DNA of 36,966 bases from an uncultured Lachnospiraceae bacterium (GTDB lineage: Bacteria; Bacillota; Clostridia; Oscillospirales; CAG-272), in the NCBI GenBank assembly GCA_964445865.1, contig CAYULZ010000002.1, positions 1-36,966 of the forward strand, written 5' to 3'. The notes beneath the pieces were generated by a model. It searched no databases. It saw nothing but the letters and a program-made list of their open reading frames with translations, and was not told the origin of the DNA. Below, piece after piece: positions 6,117 through 14,771 of the stretch; the stretch's first letter is position 1; each line of letters begins with the position of its first letter. The position numbers and the translations under genes are program-made.

Positions 6117-8033
6117 ATGATGAAACGATTGTTAGCATTGCTGATGTGCCTTGCTTGCCTGACAGGTGTTTTGTTCTCGTGTGACGATACACCTGCGGAA
6201 CCGACCGACACGACACCGACGGATACAACACCCGCCACCAACCCCTCCGGCGATGATACCCCCTCGACCGAAGCAGGCAATGCCGATCATTGGTATTTGC
6301 TGGGCTACACCATCGTGTACCCCAAAAACGCTTCCGCAACGGTGAAGGAGGCGGCCGCGCGTCTTCGAGCCAACATTGCCTCGAAGCTGAATTGGCCCGT
6401 AGAGCGCGTGCATATGATCTCCGATGACCAAACGACCGGAACCGCTTATTCGATTTTGATCGGCGAAACGAATCGCGAGCCATCGAAGGTTTATTATGAG
6501 AATCCCGACAATCGGGCATTTATCGTACACGCCGTCAACCGAACGATCGTTTTGGCAGGCTCTTCCGACGAGCGTGTCGACCAGGCGGTGCAATATTTTG
6601 AAGAGACGTATTTGGCGAACGCGGAGGAGGGCAAGATTGCCGCCGTAACCGATTACGCCCTGAAGCTCGACCCCAATCGTGTTCCTCCTGCAGATCAGGA
6701 TTTCGGCGGCTACGAATTCATCATTATGACCGATCTGCAGACCGACTATGAGGTTCAGGCGCCCGAGGAAATCGGCAGTGACGGTATCAACAAGGCGCTC
6801 TTCGAGCGTAACAAGCTGGTCGAGAGCAAGTACAACGTCAAGATCACCGAAAAGAGAAATCTTCACGCTACCGTAGACCAAGCAAACAGCTACCTGAAGG
6901 ATATGCAGTCCAGTGGTGACTACTTTGCCGATCTTTACTCGAACTATGCGATAAAGATGATTTCGAGCCATGCCACCCAAGGCTATTATCTGAACGTTTG
7001 CGACCTGCAATCTCTCCGCCTTGACGGCGAGTGGTGGGATCAGGATTTCATCAATGAGTTCAAGATCAACAACTACCTTTACACGCTGACAGGAGACATT
7101 CAGACCAATGACGAGATCCAGGAGATTCTGTTGGCGATGAATCTGTCGCTGTACAACAAGACCTATCCCGAAAAGAACTTCTACGACATCGTAGTCAAAA
7201 ATGGTGCTTGGACGTGGCAGGAATTTTACAATACGTGGATTAACTTCGGCTCGTATGATGGCGGCACGGCCGGTAAGGTAGACAGCGACGATAAGGTTGG
7301 CTATTACTACGACTGCCGTACGGCAAGCTATTTTTACATGGCGTCCGGACTGAATGCTTTTAGCGTCCAGAACAATCAGCCCGTTCTTACGATTGATTCC
7401 TCTAATGCACTGCTCGTGATGGATTTTCTGCGGTATATCACAGATGCGCACCAGAATCTCAAGACCGTTCGTCTTGACGATGTGAATACAGGTGGTGGCT
7501 ATGAGGCAGGTAATAAACACTTCGCAGCAGGAAAGGCTCTGTTTGTTACCGGCCGCCTTGATGACATGATTACCTATCAGCAGGATATGCAGGATACCGT
7601 GGCGTACGTGCCCTTTCCGAAGTATGCAGCCAATCAGGATCGCTACTACTCACTCGTGCACATGTGCTTTACGCCGATCGCGATCAGCGCCAATGTTAGA
7701 GATGCAGAAAGAACCGCTTTGATTACCGAGGCACTCTGCTTCTATTCCGATGCGTTGGATCGTGAGGTGGAGGAGCTTCTGTTGGAGGAGACTGCCGATG
7801 AGGAGGTTCGCGAGATCCTTCAGCTGACGTTGGATTCCAAAACGTACGACATGGAGTATACGGCCAATATTATGGGTTGGACGGGTTTGACGAACGACAC
7901 GCTGTTCGTAAGGGGAAAGCTTAGTACGTACAAGGATGAGATGGATAATCTCTCTAAGCAGGCGATCAATGTTCGCGGCACCGGAACGCTGCAAAACTTC
8001 CTGAAAGCTTACGCGAATATGAATTTCAACTAA
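6117..8033 (+). CDS. Large lipoprotein: Thr/Pro linker, GH-accessory-like N-terminal domain, solute-binding-protein-like domain
   Basis: AAAGGAG lies 6 nt before ATG 6117. Signal peptide with Cys lipobox (MMKRLLALLMCLACLTGVLFSC). TPAEPTDTTPTDTTPATNP linker. The C-terminal ~430 aa resemble family-1 extracellular sugar-binding lipoproteins, but no ABC permease genes are nearby. Confidence 0.75.
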   Translation: MMKRLLALLMCLACLTGVLFSCDDTPAEPTDTTPTDTTPATNPSGDDTPSTEAGNADHWYLLGYTIVYPKNASATVKEAAARLRANIASKLNWPVERVHMISDDQTTGTAYSILIGETNREPSKVYYENPDNRAFIVHAVNRTIVLAGSSDERVDQAVQYFEETYLANAEEGKIAAVTDYALKLDPNRVPPADQDFGGYEFIIMTDLQTDYEVQAPEEIGSDGINKALFERNKLVESKYNVKITEKRNLHATVDQANSYLKDMQSSGDYFADLYSNYAIKMISSHATQGYYLNVCDLQSLRLDGEWWDQDFINEFKINNYLYTLTGDIQTNDEIQEILLAMNLSLYNKTYPEKNFYDIVVKNGAWTWQEFYNTWINFGSYDGGTAGKVDSDDKVGYYYDCRTASYFYMASGLNAFSVQNNQPVLTIDSSNALLVMDFLRYITDAHQNLKTVRLDDVNTGGGYEAGNKHFAAGKALFVTGRLDDMITYQQDMQDTVAYVPFPKYAANQDRYYSLVHMCFTPIAISANVRDAERTALITEALCFYSDALDREVEELLLEETADEEVREILQLTLDSKTYDMEYTANIMGWTGLTNDTLFVRGKLSTYKDEMDNLSKQAINVRGTGTLQNFLKAYANMNFN

Positions 8034-8067
8034 GGAATCGGAGATACCGAAAATAAACACAAGGCTT

Positions 8068-8098
8068 GGCGCCGACAGTACGCTGTCGGCGCCTTTTT
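8068..8098 (+). terminator. Intrinsic terminator of the glycan operon
   Basis: GGCGCCGACAG-TACG-CTGTCGGCGCC followed by TTTTT. Confidence 0.85.
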
Positions 8099-8171
8099 GC
8101 TTTTACCATCACGTTGCCATTGGAAAATGAATAAAAAATACTGAATATTCACGAAAAATATTCATTTTTCC

Positions 8172-8200
8172 TTGACTTTTTTTGGGGGTTGTTATATAAT
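8172..8200 (+). promoter_or_regulatory. Sigma-A promoter of the nusB array
   Basis: TTGACT (8172-8177), 17-nt spacer, TATAAT (8195-8200). Confidence 0.65.
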
Positions 8201-8295
8201 AATTAGTATGGAATATAATGCCCATGTTGTGGGCTGATTTGTGAAAGGAAAGGGCGCTTGTATGCGATTTTTGCATGCGGTGCACCGTGAAAAAC

Positions 8296-8748
8296 ATGAG
8301 TACTTTGTCCAGAAGAGAAGCCAGAGAGGCCGTGCTCGGTCTGCTGTTTGAAACCGAATTCCGTGCCGATGAATCGAGCACCGAGATCTTTGCCGTCTCG
8401 GTAGAGGATCGTGAAATTCCCGCAGATTCGTATATTGAAAAGGCGTATTTTGCCATCTGCGAAAAGCGCGAGGAGATCGACGCGATGATCGGAAACCACG
8501 CGAAGGGCTGGAAGACAAGCCGTCTGTCCAAGCTGTCGCGCTCGGTCTTGCGCTTGGCCGTGTACGAGATGCTATACGAGACCGAGATCCCGTACAGCGT
8601 GTCGATCAACGAGGCCGTTGAGCTTGCCAAGAAATACGACGAGGATCGTGCGCGCCCCTTTATCAACGGCGTGCTCAACTCGGTCAAAAACGAGCTGGAG
8701 AGCGAGAGCGGCGCATCGGCCGAGGCTTCCGCGGACGAAAGCAAATGA
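8296..8748 (+). CDS. nusB: Transcription antitermination factor NusB
   Basis: MSTLSRREAREAVLGLLFE...LAVYEMLYETEIPYSVSINEAVELAKKY...FINGVL is typical NusB. Start taken at Met8 of the track ORF. Confidence 0.9.
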   Translation: MSTLSRREAREAVLGLLFETEFRADESSTEIFAVSVEDREIPADSYIEKAYFAICEKREEIDAMIGNHAKGWKTSRLSKLSRSVLRLAVYEMLYETEIPYSVSINEAVELAKKYDEDRARPFINGVLNSVKNELESESGASAEASADESK

Positions 8749-9698
8749 AGCCCTGTTACGTTGGCTTTGATACGAGCAATTATACCACGTCGGCGGCTGC
8801 CTGCACGGCAGACGGTGTTGTGATTGCTAACTGCAAATGCCCTCTGCCCGTAGCTGAGGGTCAGCGTGGCTTACGCCAATCGGACGCGGTATTTGCACAC
8901 GTAAAAAATCTTCCCGACGTTTGTCGGGCGCTTTCGGCGGCCATCGAGGGCTACACCCCCGTAGCGGTCGGCGTCTCTGCGCGTCCGCGTGATGCGGAGG
9001 GCTCTTATATGCCGTGCTTCCTGGCGGGAAAGGCCGCTGCGCACGCCTTCGCGGCTGATCGTGGCTTGTCGGTGCGTGAATTTTCCCATCAAAACGGTCA
9101 TGTCATGGCCGCACTCTATTCGAGTGGGGCAGGGGCCGCGCTCTTGTCCGCCCCCTTTTTCTCCTTTCATGTGTCAGGCGGTACGACCGAGCTTTTGCTC
9201 GTTACGCCGCAGGCGAACGGCTTTTCGTTGAGGCTCGTCGGTGAGACCGACGACATCAACGCAGGACAAGCCATCGACCGCGTCGGTGTCTCCATGGGAC
9301 TTTCCTTTCCGTGCGGCAAGGCGATGGAGACCTTGGCAACTGCATACGAGGGGAAGATTTTGCGCCACCCCGTGACCGTCAGAGACGGTCGGTGCAGTCT
9401 TTCGGGCGCGGAGAATATCGCACAGAAGCTTTACCGCCAAAGTGGCGACGAAAAGGCCGTTGCGGCCTTCGTCTTTGACTTCGTGGCGCGAACGCTCGTC
9501 GCGATGGGCGAGCACGCCATCGCGCGGCACGGAGCCCGTCCTGTGCTCTTTGCGGGAGGTGTGATGTCCAACGTCTGGATGCGAAAGATGCTTTGCGAGC
9601 ACTTTGATGCTTATTTTGCCGAGCCAGCCTTTTCCGCCGATAACGCAGCGGGCATCGCCCTGCTTTGTCGGCAGACGGCCATGGGGGATACGGTATGA
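8745..9698 (+). CDS. TsaD/Kae1 (peptidase M22/glycoprotease) family protein, short paralog
   Basis: GFDTSNYTTS (cf. ETSCDET), the metal motif HQNGH (HxxxH), GGVMSN and SADNAAGIA motifs of the ASKHA-fold TsaD family. 317 aa. ATGA overlaps at both ends (8745-8748 and 9695-9698). Confidence 0.8.
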   Translation: MKPCYVGFDTSNYTTSAAACTADGVVIANCKCPLPVAEGQRGLRQSDAVFAHVKNLPDVCRALSAAIEGYTPVAVGVSARPRDAEGSYMPCFLAGKAAAHAFAADRGLSVREFSHQNGHVMAALYSSGAGAALLSAPFFSFHVSGGTTELLLVTPQANGFSLRLVGETDDINAGQAIDRVGVSMGLSFPCGKAMETLATAYEGKILRHPVTVRDGRCSLSGAENIAQKLYRQSGDEKAVAAFVFDFVARTLVAMGEHAIARHGARPVLFAGGVMSNVWMRKMLCEHFDAYFAEPAFSADNAAGIALLCRQTAMGDTV

Positions 9699-10924
9699 AT
9701 CAGAACGAATCGGTATTAAGCGTAACGCAGGTCAACCGCTACATCAAGATGCTGATGGACAGTGACGATGTCTTGTCCTACGTCACGGTGCGCGGTGAGA
9801 TCTCCAATTTGAAATATCATACGAGCGGACACCTTTATTTTACGCTCAAGGACGAGGAGTCCGAAATTCCCGCCGTCATGTTCCGTTCGGCCGTTTCGAC
9901 CCTCAAATTCGCGGCCAAGAACGGCATGCGCGTGACGGTGTACGGAAGGATCTCGGTCTACGAAAAGAGCGGTCGTTATCAGGTGTACGCCTCGACCATG
10001 ACCGACGATGGCATCGGTGCGCTGTTTCTCGAGTATCAGCGTCTGCATCGGCAGCTACAGGCCGAGGGGCTCTTTGACGAGTCACGCAAACGCCCGCTTC
10101 CGAAATTTCCCAAGTGCATCGGCATCATTACTTCGCCTACGGGCGCGGCGGTGCGCGATATGCTGAACATTACGGGACGGCGGTATCCGTCGGCTAAAAT
10201 TTTACTATACCCCTCGCTGGTACAGGGCAGAGAAGCACCTGCTTCTCTTTGTATGGGTCTTGCGTATCTGAACGCCGAGACTGATTGCGACGTTATCATC
10301 ATCGGACGCGGTGGCGGCTCGATGGAGGATCTGTGGGCGTTCAACGACGAGACACTCGTTCGTGCCGTTGCGGCCTCGCGGATTCCTGTCATATCCGCCG
10401 TCGGCCACGAGACCGATTTTACTCTCTGCGATTTTGCGGCCGATCAGCGTGCCCCGACGCCGTCGGCGGCCGCTGAGCTGGCCGTGCCCGACCGCCATGC
10501 GCTGATGGAGCTTCTCGACGAGACCTGTGAGCGGTTGGATGCGCGCATGGAGCAGTATCTTTCGCGCAGACGGAGTCTCGTGCAGGATCGCTCGCAACGT
10601 CTGATCATCTGCTCGCCCGAGGCAAGCCTTGCGCGCATTCGTCAGCGTGCGACGACGGCAGGAGAACGTATGGATCGCGCAATGCAAACGCGTACCGAGC
10701 ACGGTCGCTTGTTGCTTGCACAGTACGCCCAGAAGCTGAACGCCATGAATCCGCTTTCGGTGCTCGAGCGCGGCTTTGGCGTCGTTTCTAAGGATCAAAA
10801 AATTCTCTGCTCGGTATCCGAGCTCCGTAGCGGTGACCGCGTCGAGCTTCGGCTAGCAGACGGACGTGCCGAGGCCGAGATCGTGTCGGTAAGCCCCGAC
10901 CGTAAAAAGAAAATAAAGGCGTGA
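9695..10924 (+). CDS. xseA: Exodeoxyribonuclease VII large subunit
   Basis: N-terminal OB fold (LSVTQVNRYIKMLMDSD...VRGEISNLKYHTSGHLYFTLKD) and catalytic core (GIITSPTGAAVRD, GRGGGSMEDLWAFN, SAVGHETD). Confidence 0.9.
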   Translation: MNQNESVLSVTQVNRYIKMLMDSDDVLSYVTVRGEISNLKYHTSGHLYFTLKDEESEIPAVMFRSAVSTLKFAAKNGMRVTVYGRISVYEKSGRYQVYASTMTDDGIGALFLEYQRLHRQLQAEGLFDESRKRPLPKFPKCIGIITSPTGAAVRDMLNITGRRYPSAKILLYPSLVQGREAPASLCMGLAYLNAETDCDVIIIGRGGGSMEDLWAFNDETLVRAVAASRIPVISAVGHETDFTLCDFAADQRAPTPSAAAELAVPDRHALMELLDETCERLDARMEQYLSRRRSLVQDRSQRLIICSPEASLARIRQRATTAGERMDRAMQTRTEHGRLLLAQYAQKLNAMNPLSVLERGFGVVSKDQKILCSVSELRSGDRVELRLADGRAEAEIVSVSPDRKKKIKA

Positions 10925-10940
10925 AAGGAAGGACAGTAGC

Positions 10941-11180
10941 ATGGATTTTGAAACGGCTGTCAAGCGGCTGGAGGAGATCACCTCAAGCCTTGAAAAAGAA
11001 AATGTGAGCCTCGAGGAGGCTCTGAAGCTATATGAGGAGGGCGTGCGCCTCGTACGTGTTTGCAACGAGAAGCTGGAGGATGCCGAGCGCCGTATTCATA
11101 TTTTAAAAATGACACCCGAGGGTGAGATGGTGGAGGAGGATTTTTCTGCCGATGCTCACAAGGAGGATACGCGGATATGA
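10941..11180 (+). CDS. xseB: Exodeoxyribonuclease VII small subunit
   Basis: 79 aa with FETAVKRLEEITSSLEKENVSLEEALKLYEEG, the typical XseB helix pair. Located directly after xseA. Confidence 0.9.
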   Translation: MDFETAVKRLEEITSSLEKENVSLEEALKLYEEGVRLVRVCNEKLEDAERRIHILKMTPEGEMVEEDFSADAHKEDTRI

Positions 11181-12076
11181 AGCAAAGTATAGATGCCGTG
11201 AAGCGGGCGCTGGCCGACAATGCGGCCGCGACCGAATTGGCCATGCAGGAGATATTTTCCCATCGCGATGAGGATATTGCGGTGCTCCTTGATGCGGAAA
11301 ATTATTCCCTGTTTGCGGGAGGGAAGCGTGTGCGCCCCTTCCTTGTCAACGAGATCTGCCGCATGCTTGGCGGAGACGTGCGCGTCTCGATGCCGTATGC
11401 CTGCGCGCTGGAGATGATCCACACCTATTCCTTGATCCACGACGATCTGCCTTGCATGGACGACGACGATATGCGTCGCGGCAAGCCCACCAACCATAAG
11501 GTGTTCGGCTACGCAACGGCACTGCTGGCCGGTGATGCGCTTCTGACGCATGCCTTCCAGACCGCCTCGGAAAACCCGTATGCAAGTGCCATTCAAAATG
11601 CGCAGGCCGTGTCGGTTCTTTCTCGCTCGGCGGGCGAGTTTGGTATGATCGGCGGACAGATCATGGATCTCGACGGTGAGACCAAGCGGCTCGAGATGGA
11701 AAAGCTTTTGAAGCTTCACTCGATGAAAACGGGCGCGCTGATGATGGCTGCGGCCAAGCTTGGTGCGATCGCGGCGGGTTATGCCGTCGACAGCCCCGAG
11801 GCAGAGGCCGTTACCGAATACGCGGCCAAGATTGGCTTGGCTTTTCAGGTGATCGACGACATCCTTGACATCGAGGGCGATGAGGCCGAGCTCGGCAAGA
11901 GTTTGCGCTCGGATGCCGACCGAAACAAAACGACTTTTATGACCTATTATACGACCAACGAGGCGCGCGACTATGCCGCAACCCTGACGGCCGATGCCGT
12001 GTCCTATGTTGCGGACTTTGAGGATTCGGCGGTTCTGACCGACCTTGCCGCCTATTTGTTAGATCGCACCAATTGA
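11177..12076 (+). CDS. ispA: Polyprenyl (farnesyl/geranyl) diphosphate synthase
   Basis: First Asp-rich motif LIHDDLPCMDDDDMRRGK and second motif FQVIDDILD. ATGA overlap with xseB. Confidence 0.9.
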   Translation: MKQSIDAVKRALADNAAATELAMQEIFSHRDEDIAVLLDAENYSLFAGGKRVRPFLVNEICRMLGGDVRVSMPYACALEMIHTYSLIHDDLPCMDDDDMRRGKPTNHKVFGYATALLAGDALLTHAFQTASENPYASAIQNAQAVSVLSRSAGEFGMIGGQIMDLDGETKRLEMEKLLKLHSMKTGALMMAAAKLGAIAAGYAVDSPEAEAVTEYAAKIGLAFQVIDDILDIEGDEAELGKSLRSDADRNKTTFMTYYTTNEARDYAATLTADAVSYVADFEDSAVLTDLAAYLLDRTN

Positions 12077-12102
12077 AGATGACGCTTTTTTAGGAGGCTT
12101 TT

Positions 12103-12576
12103 GTGACCTTTATTCGAAATTTATTTGGTAACTATCTTTTGATGAGCGCCGTTTGCGGCTGGCTTGGTGCACAGCTGATCAAGTCGGTGATTGCGTTGTT
12201 AAGCCGCGAAAAGCTGACCGTGACGCAGATCCTGTTTTCCAACGGCGGCATGCCGAGCTCACACTCGGCGGCCGTGATGGGCTTGGCCACGGCCTGCCTC
12301 ATTCAGGAAGGCGTTGGCTCGCCGATCTTTGCCGTGGCGGCTCTGCTTGCCTTTATCGTCATGAACGACGCCATGGGTGTGCGTTATGAAACGGGAGAGC
12401 AGGCAAAGATCTTGAACCGTATTACGGAAAAGCTGTTTTCGGGCGAGCCCGATCAGATCAACACCGGTCTGAAGGAAATGGTCGGACATACGCCGTTTCA
12501 AGTGATCATGGGCGGACTGCTCGGTATCGGTATCGGCATCGGCCTCGGCTTTGCCATGCGGGTGATCGTGATATGA
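12103..12576 (+). CDS. Divergent PAP2-family membrane protein (DUF212/YuiD-like)
   Basis: GTG start 6 nt after AGGAGG. GGMPSSHSA and MGVRYETGEQA motifs. Multi-TM. Confidence 0.8.
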   Translation: MTFIRNLFGNYLLMSAVCGWLGAQLIKSVIALLSREKLTVTQILFSNGGMPSSHSAAVMGLATACLIQEGVGSPIFAVAALLAFIVMNDAMGVRYETGEQAKILNRITEKLFSGEPDQINTGLKEMVGHTPFQVIMGGLLGIGIGIGLGFAMRVIVI

Positions 12577-13355
12577 GGGTCGACCTCTATCTGACCGAGG
12601 CAGGGTACACTGCGAGTCGTAAAAAAGCGCAGGATCTGATCGCCGCAGGCGCAGTAACGGTGGACGGTGTCGTGGTCAAAAAGCCCTCGGCGCCGATCAA
12701 TGAGGCCATTGAGCACGAGGTCAGGATTGAGCCGATTTTTCGGTACGTCAGCCGTGGCGGCATGAAGCTGGAGGCGGCACTCGATGCATTTGGCATCTCG
12801 GTGAACCGAAAAAAGGCTGTTGACGTGGGCGCTTCCACGGGCGGCTTTACCGATTGCCTGCTTAAGCGCGGTGCGGCTCACGTGGTGGCAGTCGACGCGG
12901 GTATCGGACAGCTTCATGAATCATTGCGCGCCGATCCGCGTGTGACGGTGATCGAGCATTTCAATGCACGGGAGATGACCGCCGAAACCACCGACGGCCT
13001 TTGTGATGTGGCTGTTGCCGACGTTTCCTTTATTTCGCAGACCTACGTCATTCCTCCCATCGCGTCGGTGCTTGTGCCGAACGGGGGCTTTGTCAGCTTG
13101 ATCAAGCCACAGTTTGAAGCAGGACGGCAGGGACTCGGTAAAAACGGCATCGTGACGAGTGCGGCCTATCGCTTCCTGGCGGCCAAGCGTGTGATTGCTT
13201 GCGCTCTTGAAAACGGCCTTGATTGCGTGGGGCTGATCCCCTCGCCCATCGAAGGGGGCGACGGCAATAAGGAATACCTTGCTTACTTTATCAAGCGTCC
13301 GAGCCTTGCATCGCTCGTTGACGACAAAAAAATAAAAATTATTACTGCCTTATGA
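12573..13355 (+). CDS. tlyA: TlyA-family rRNA (cytidine-2'-O)-methyltransferase
   Basis: N-terminal S4 domain (RVDLYLTEAGYTASRKKAQDLIAAGAVTVDG) and FtsJ-type SAM site (VDVGASTGGFTDCLL). ATGA overlap with the previous gene. Confidence 0.9.
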   Translation: MRVDLYLTEAGYTASRKKAQDLIAAGAVTVDGVVVKKPSAPINEAIEHEVRIEPIFRYVSRGGMKLEAALDAFGISVNRKKAVDVGASTGGFTDCLLKRGAAHVVAVDAGIGQLHESLRADPRVTVIEHFNAREMTAETTDGLCDVAVADVSFISQTYVIPPIASVLVPNGGFVSLIKPQFEAGRQGLGKNGIVTSAAYRFLAAKRVIACALENGLDCVGLIPSPIEGGDGNKEYLAYFIKRPSLASLVDDKKIKIITAL

Positions 13356-13391
13356 TCGTTTGCATGTCGTAACAGTAAGAAAGGGCAGAGC

Positions 13392-14261
13392 ATGAAAAAA
13401 GTTGCATTGCTGACCAATTTTAATATTCCCGAGAAGCTGTCGGCCGCCGCCAAGGTCGCAGACAGAATTCTCGACCGCGTAGATGAGATTCTCATTCTGC
13501 AAAATTATAAAGAGCGCATTCTGCGTAGCCATACGCATAAGGGTAAGTACATCTATCTTTCGCCCGACGAGCTGTATGCAAGAGCCGATCTTGCCATCGT
13601 GCTCGGCGGAGACGGATTTATGCTGGAGGCCTCGCGCCGCGCCGCCCCCCGAGGTCTTCCAATCCTCGGCATCAACATGGGGCGCGTGGGGTATATGACC
13701 GAGCTGGAGATCGACGAGCTCTCGCTCCTCGACCGTCTGTTTGACGGCCATTACCGCGTGGACGAACGCGCGATGCTGCAGGTGGAGGTTCGTTCCTCCA
13801 AGGGACAGACGCGTGGGACGGCCTACGCCCTCAACGATGCGGTCATCGCCAACGGCTCGACGGCGCGTATCGTCGATCTTCAACTGTCGGACGGCGAGGA
13901 GGAGATCAACACCTACCGTGCCGACGGTCTTGTGGTTGCTACTCCGACGGGCTCGACGGCCTATTCGCTCTCTGCGGGAGGTCCGATCGTCGATCCCAAG
14001 CTTTCCTGCTTCTGCGTCACGCCGATCTGCCCCCATTCCATGGTGGCACGCCCCCTCGTTTTTCCCGATACCGCCGAGCTTCGCGTCAAGAATATCTGCG
14101 TGCGCGAGAAGGTTTTGCACCTGACGCTCGACGGTCGCATGAGCTTTGATCTTTTCTTCGGCGACACGGTGGTCATTACCAAGTCGGAAATGATTACGCG
14201 GCTAGTACGTCTGAAGGACGAGGGCTTTTATGCCAAGATCCGTATGAAGAAATTTATTTGA
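13392..14261 (+). CDS. nadK: NAD kinase
   Basis: VLGGDGFML (GGDG), GINMGRVGYM, ADGLVVATPTGSTAYSLSAGGP. Confidence 0.9.
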   Translation: MKKVALLTNFNIPEKLSAAAKVADRILDRVDEILILQNYKERILRSHTHKGKYIYLSPDELYARADLAIVLGGDGFMLEASRRAAPRGLPILGINMGRVGYMTELEIDELSLLDRLFDGHYRVDERAMLQVEVRSSKGQTRGTAYALNDAVIANGSTARIVDLQLSDGEEEINTYRADGLVVATPTGSTAYSLSAGGPIVDPKLSCFCVTPICPHSMVARPLVFPDTAELRVKNICVREKVLHLTLDGRMSFDLFFGDTVVITKSEMITRLVRLKDEGFYAKIRMKKFI

Positions 14262-14295
14262 ATACGAATACGATATATGGAAACGGAGAAATGAT

Positions 14296-14751
14296 ATGAA
14301 ATCAAAGAGACAGGAACGAATCCTTGAGCTGATTGCCAAGCACGAGATCGAAACCCAGGACGATATGATGAATCGCTTGCGCGCGGAGGGCTTCTCGGTG
14401 ACGCAGGCGACGGTATCCCGCGACCTCAAGGAGCTTAAGCTGACCAAAACGCTGACCTCACGCGGTACTTACCGTTACAGCCAGCCCACGCGCCATCATA
14501 TGGCGGGCAACGCCAAGCTCAGTCGCGCTATGGTGGACTCGATCACGCATGTGGATTATTCGCTCAATACCGTCGTTCTCAAGACCTATCCCGGCATGGC
14601 GCAGGCCGTGGCCTCCGGTGTGGACGCACTGAACCTTTCCGATATTCTCGGATGCGTAGCGGGCGACGATACCATCATTGTTGTGACGCGAAGCGTGGAC
14701 AGCTCGGCAGAGCTGAGTGAAAAGATTCTGGAAATGATGAAAACCTTTTGA
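14296..14751 (+). CDS. argR: Arginine repressor
   Basis: KRQERILELIAKHEIETQDDMMNRLRAEGFSVTQATVSRDLKEL (winged helix) and the C-terminal GCVAGDDTIIVV oligomerisation/arginine-binding motif. Confidence 0.9.
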   Translation: MKSKRQERILELIAKHEIETQDDMMNRLRAEGFSVTQATVSRDLKELKLTKTLTSRGTYRYSQPTRHHMAGNAKLSRAMVDSITHVDYSLNTVVLKTYPGMAQAVASGVDALNLSDILGCVAGDDTIIVVTRSVDSSAELSEKILEMMKTF

Positions 14752-14771
14752 CGGGCGGAGGCCGACGGAAT

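Noticed and set aside
14255-14285. ARG-box-like sequence TTTGAATACGAATACGA upstream of argR.
   Set aside because: Only one half (TGAAT) matches the consensus TGAATwwwwATTCA. The second half is 3/5, which is too weak to call.
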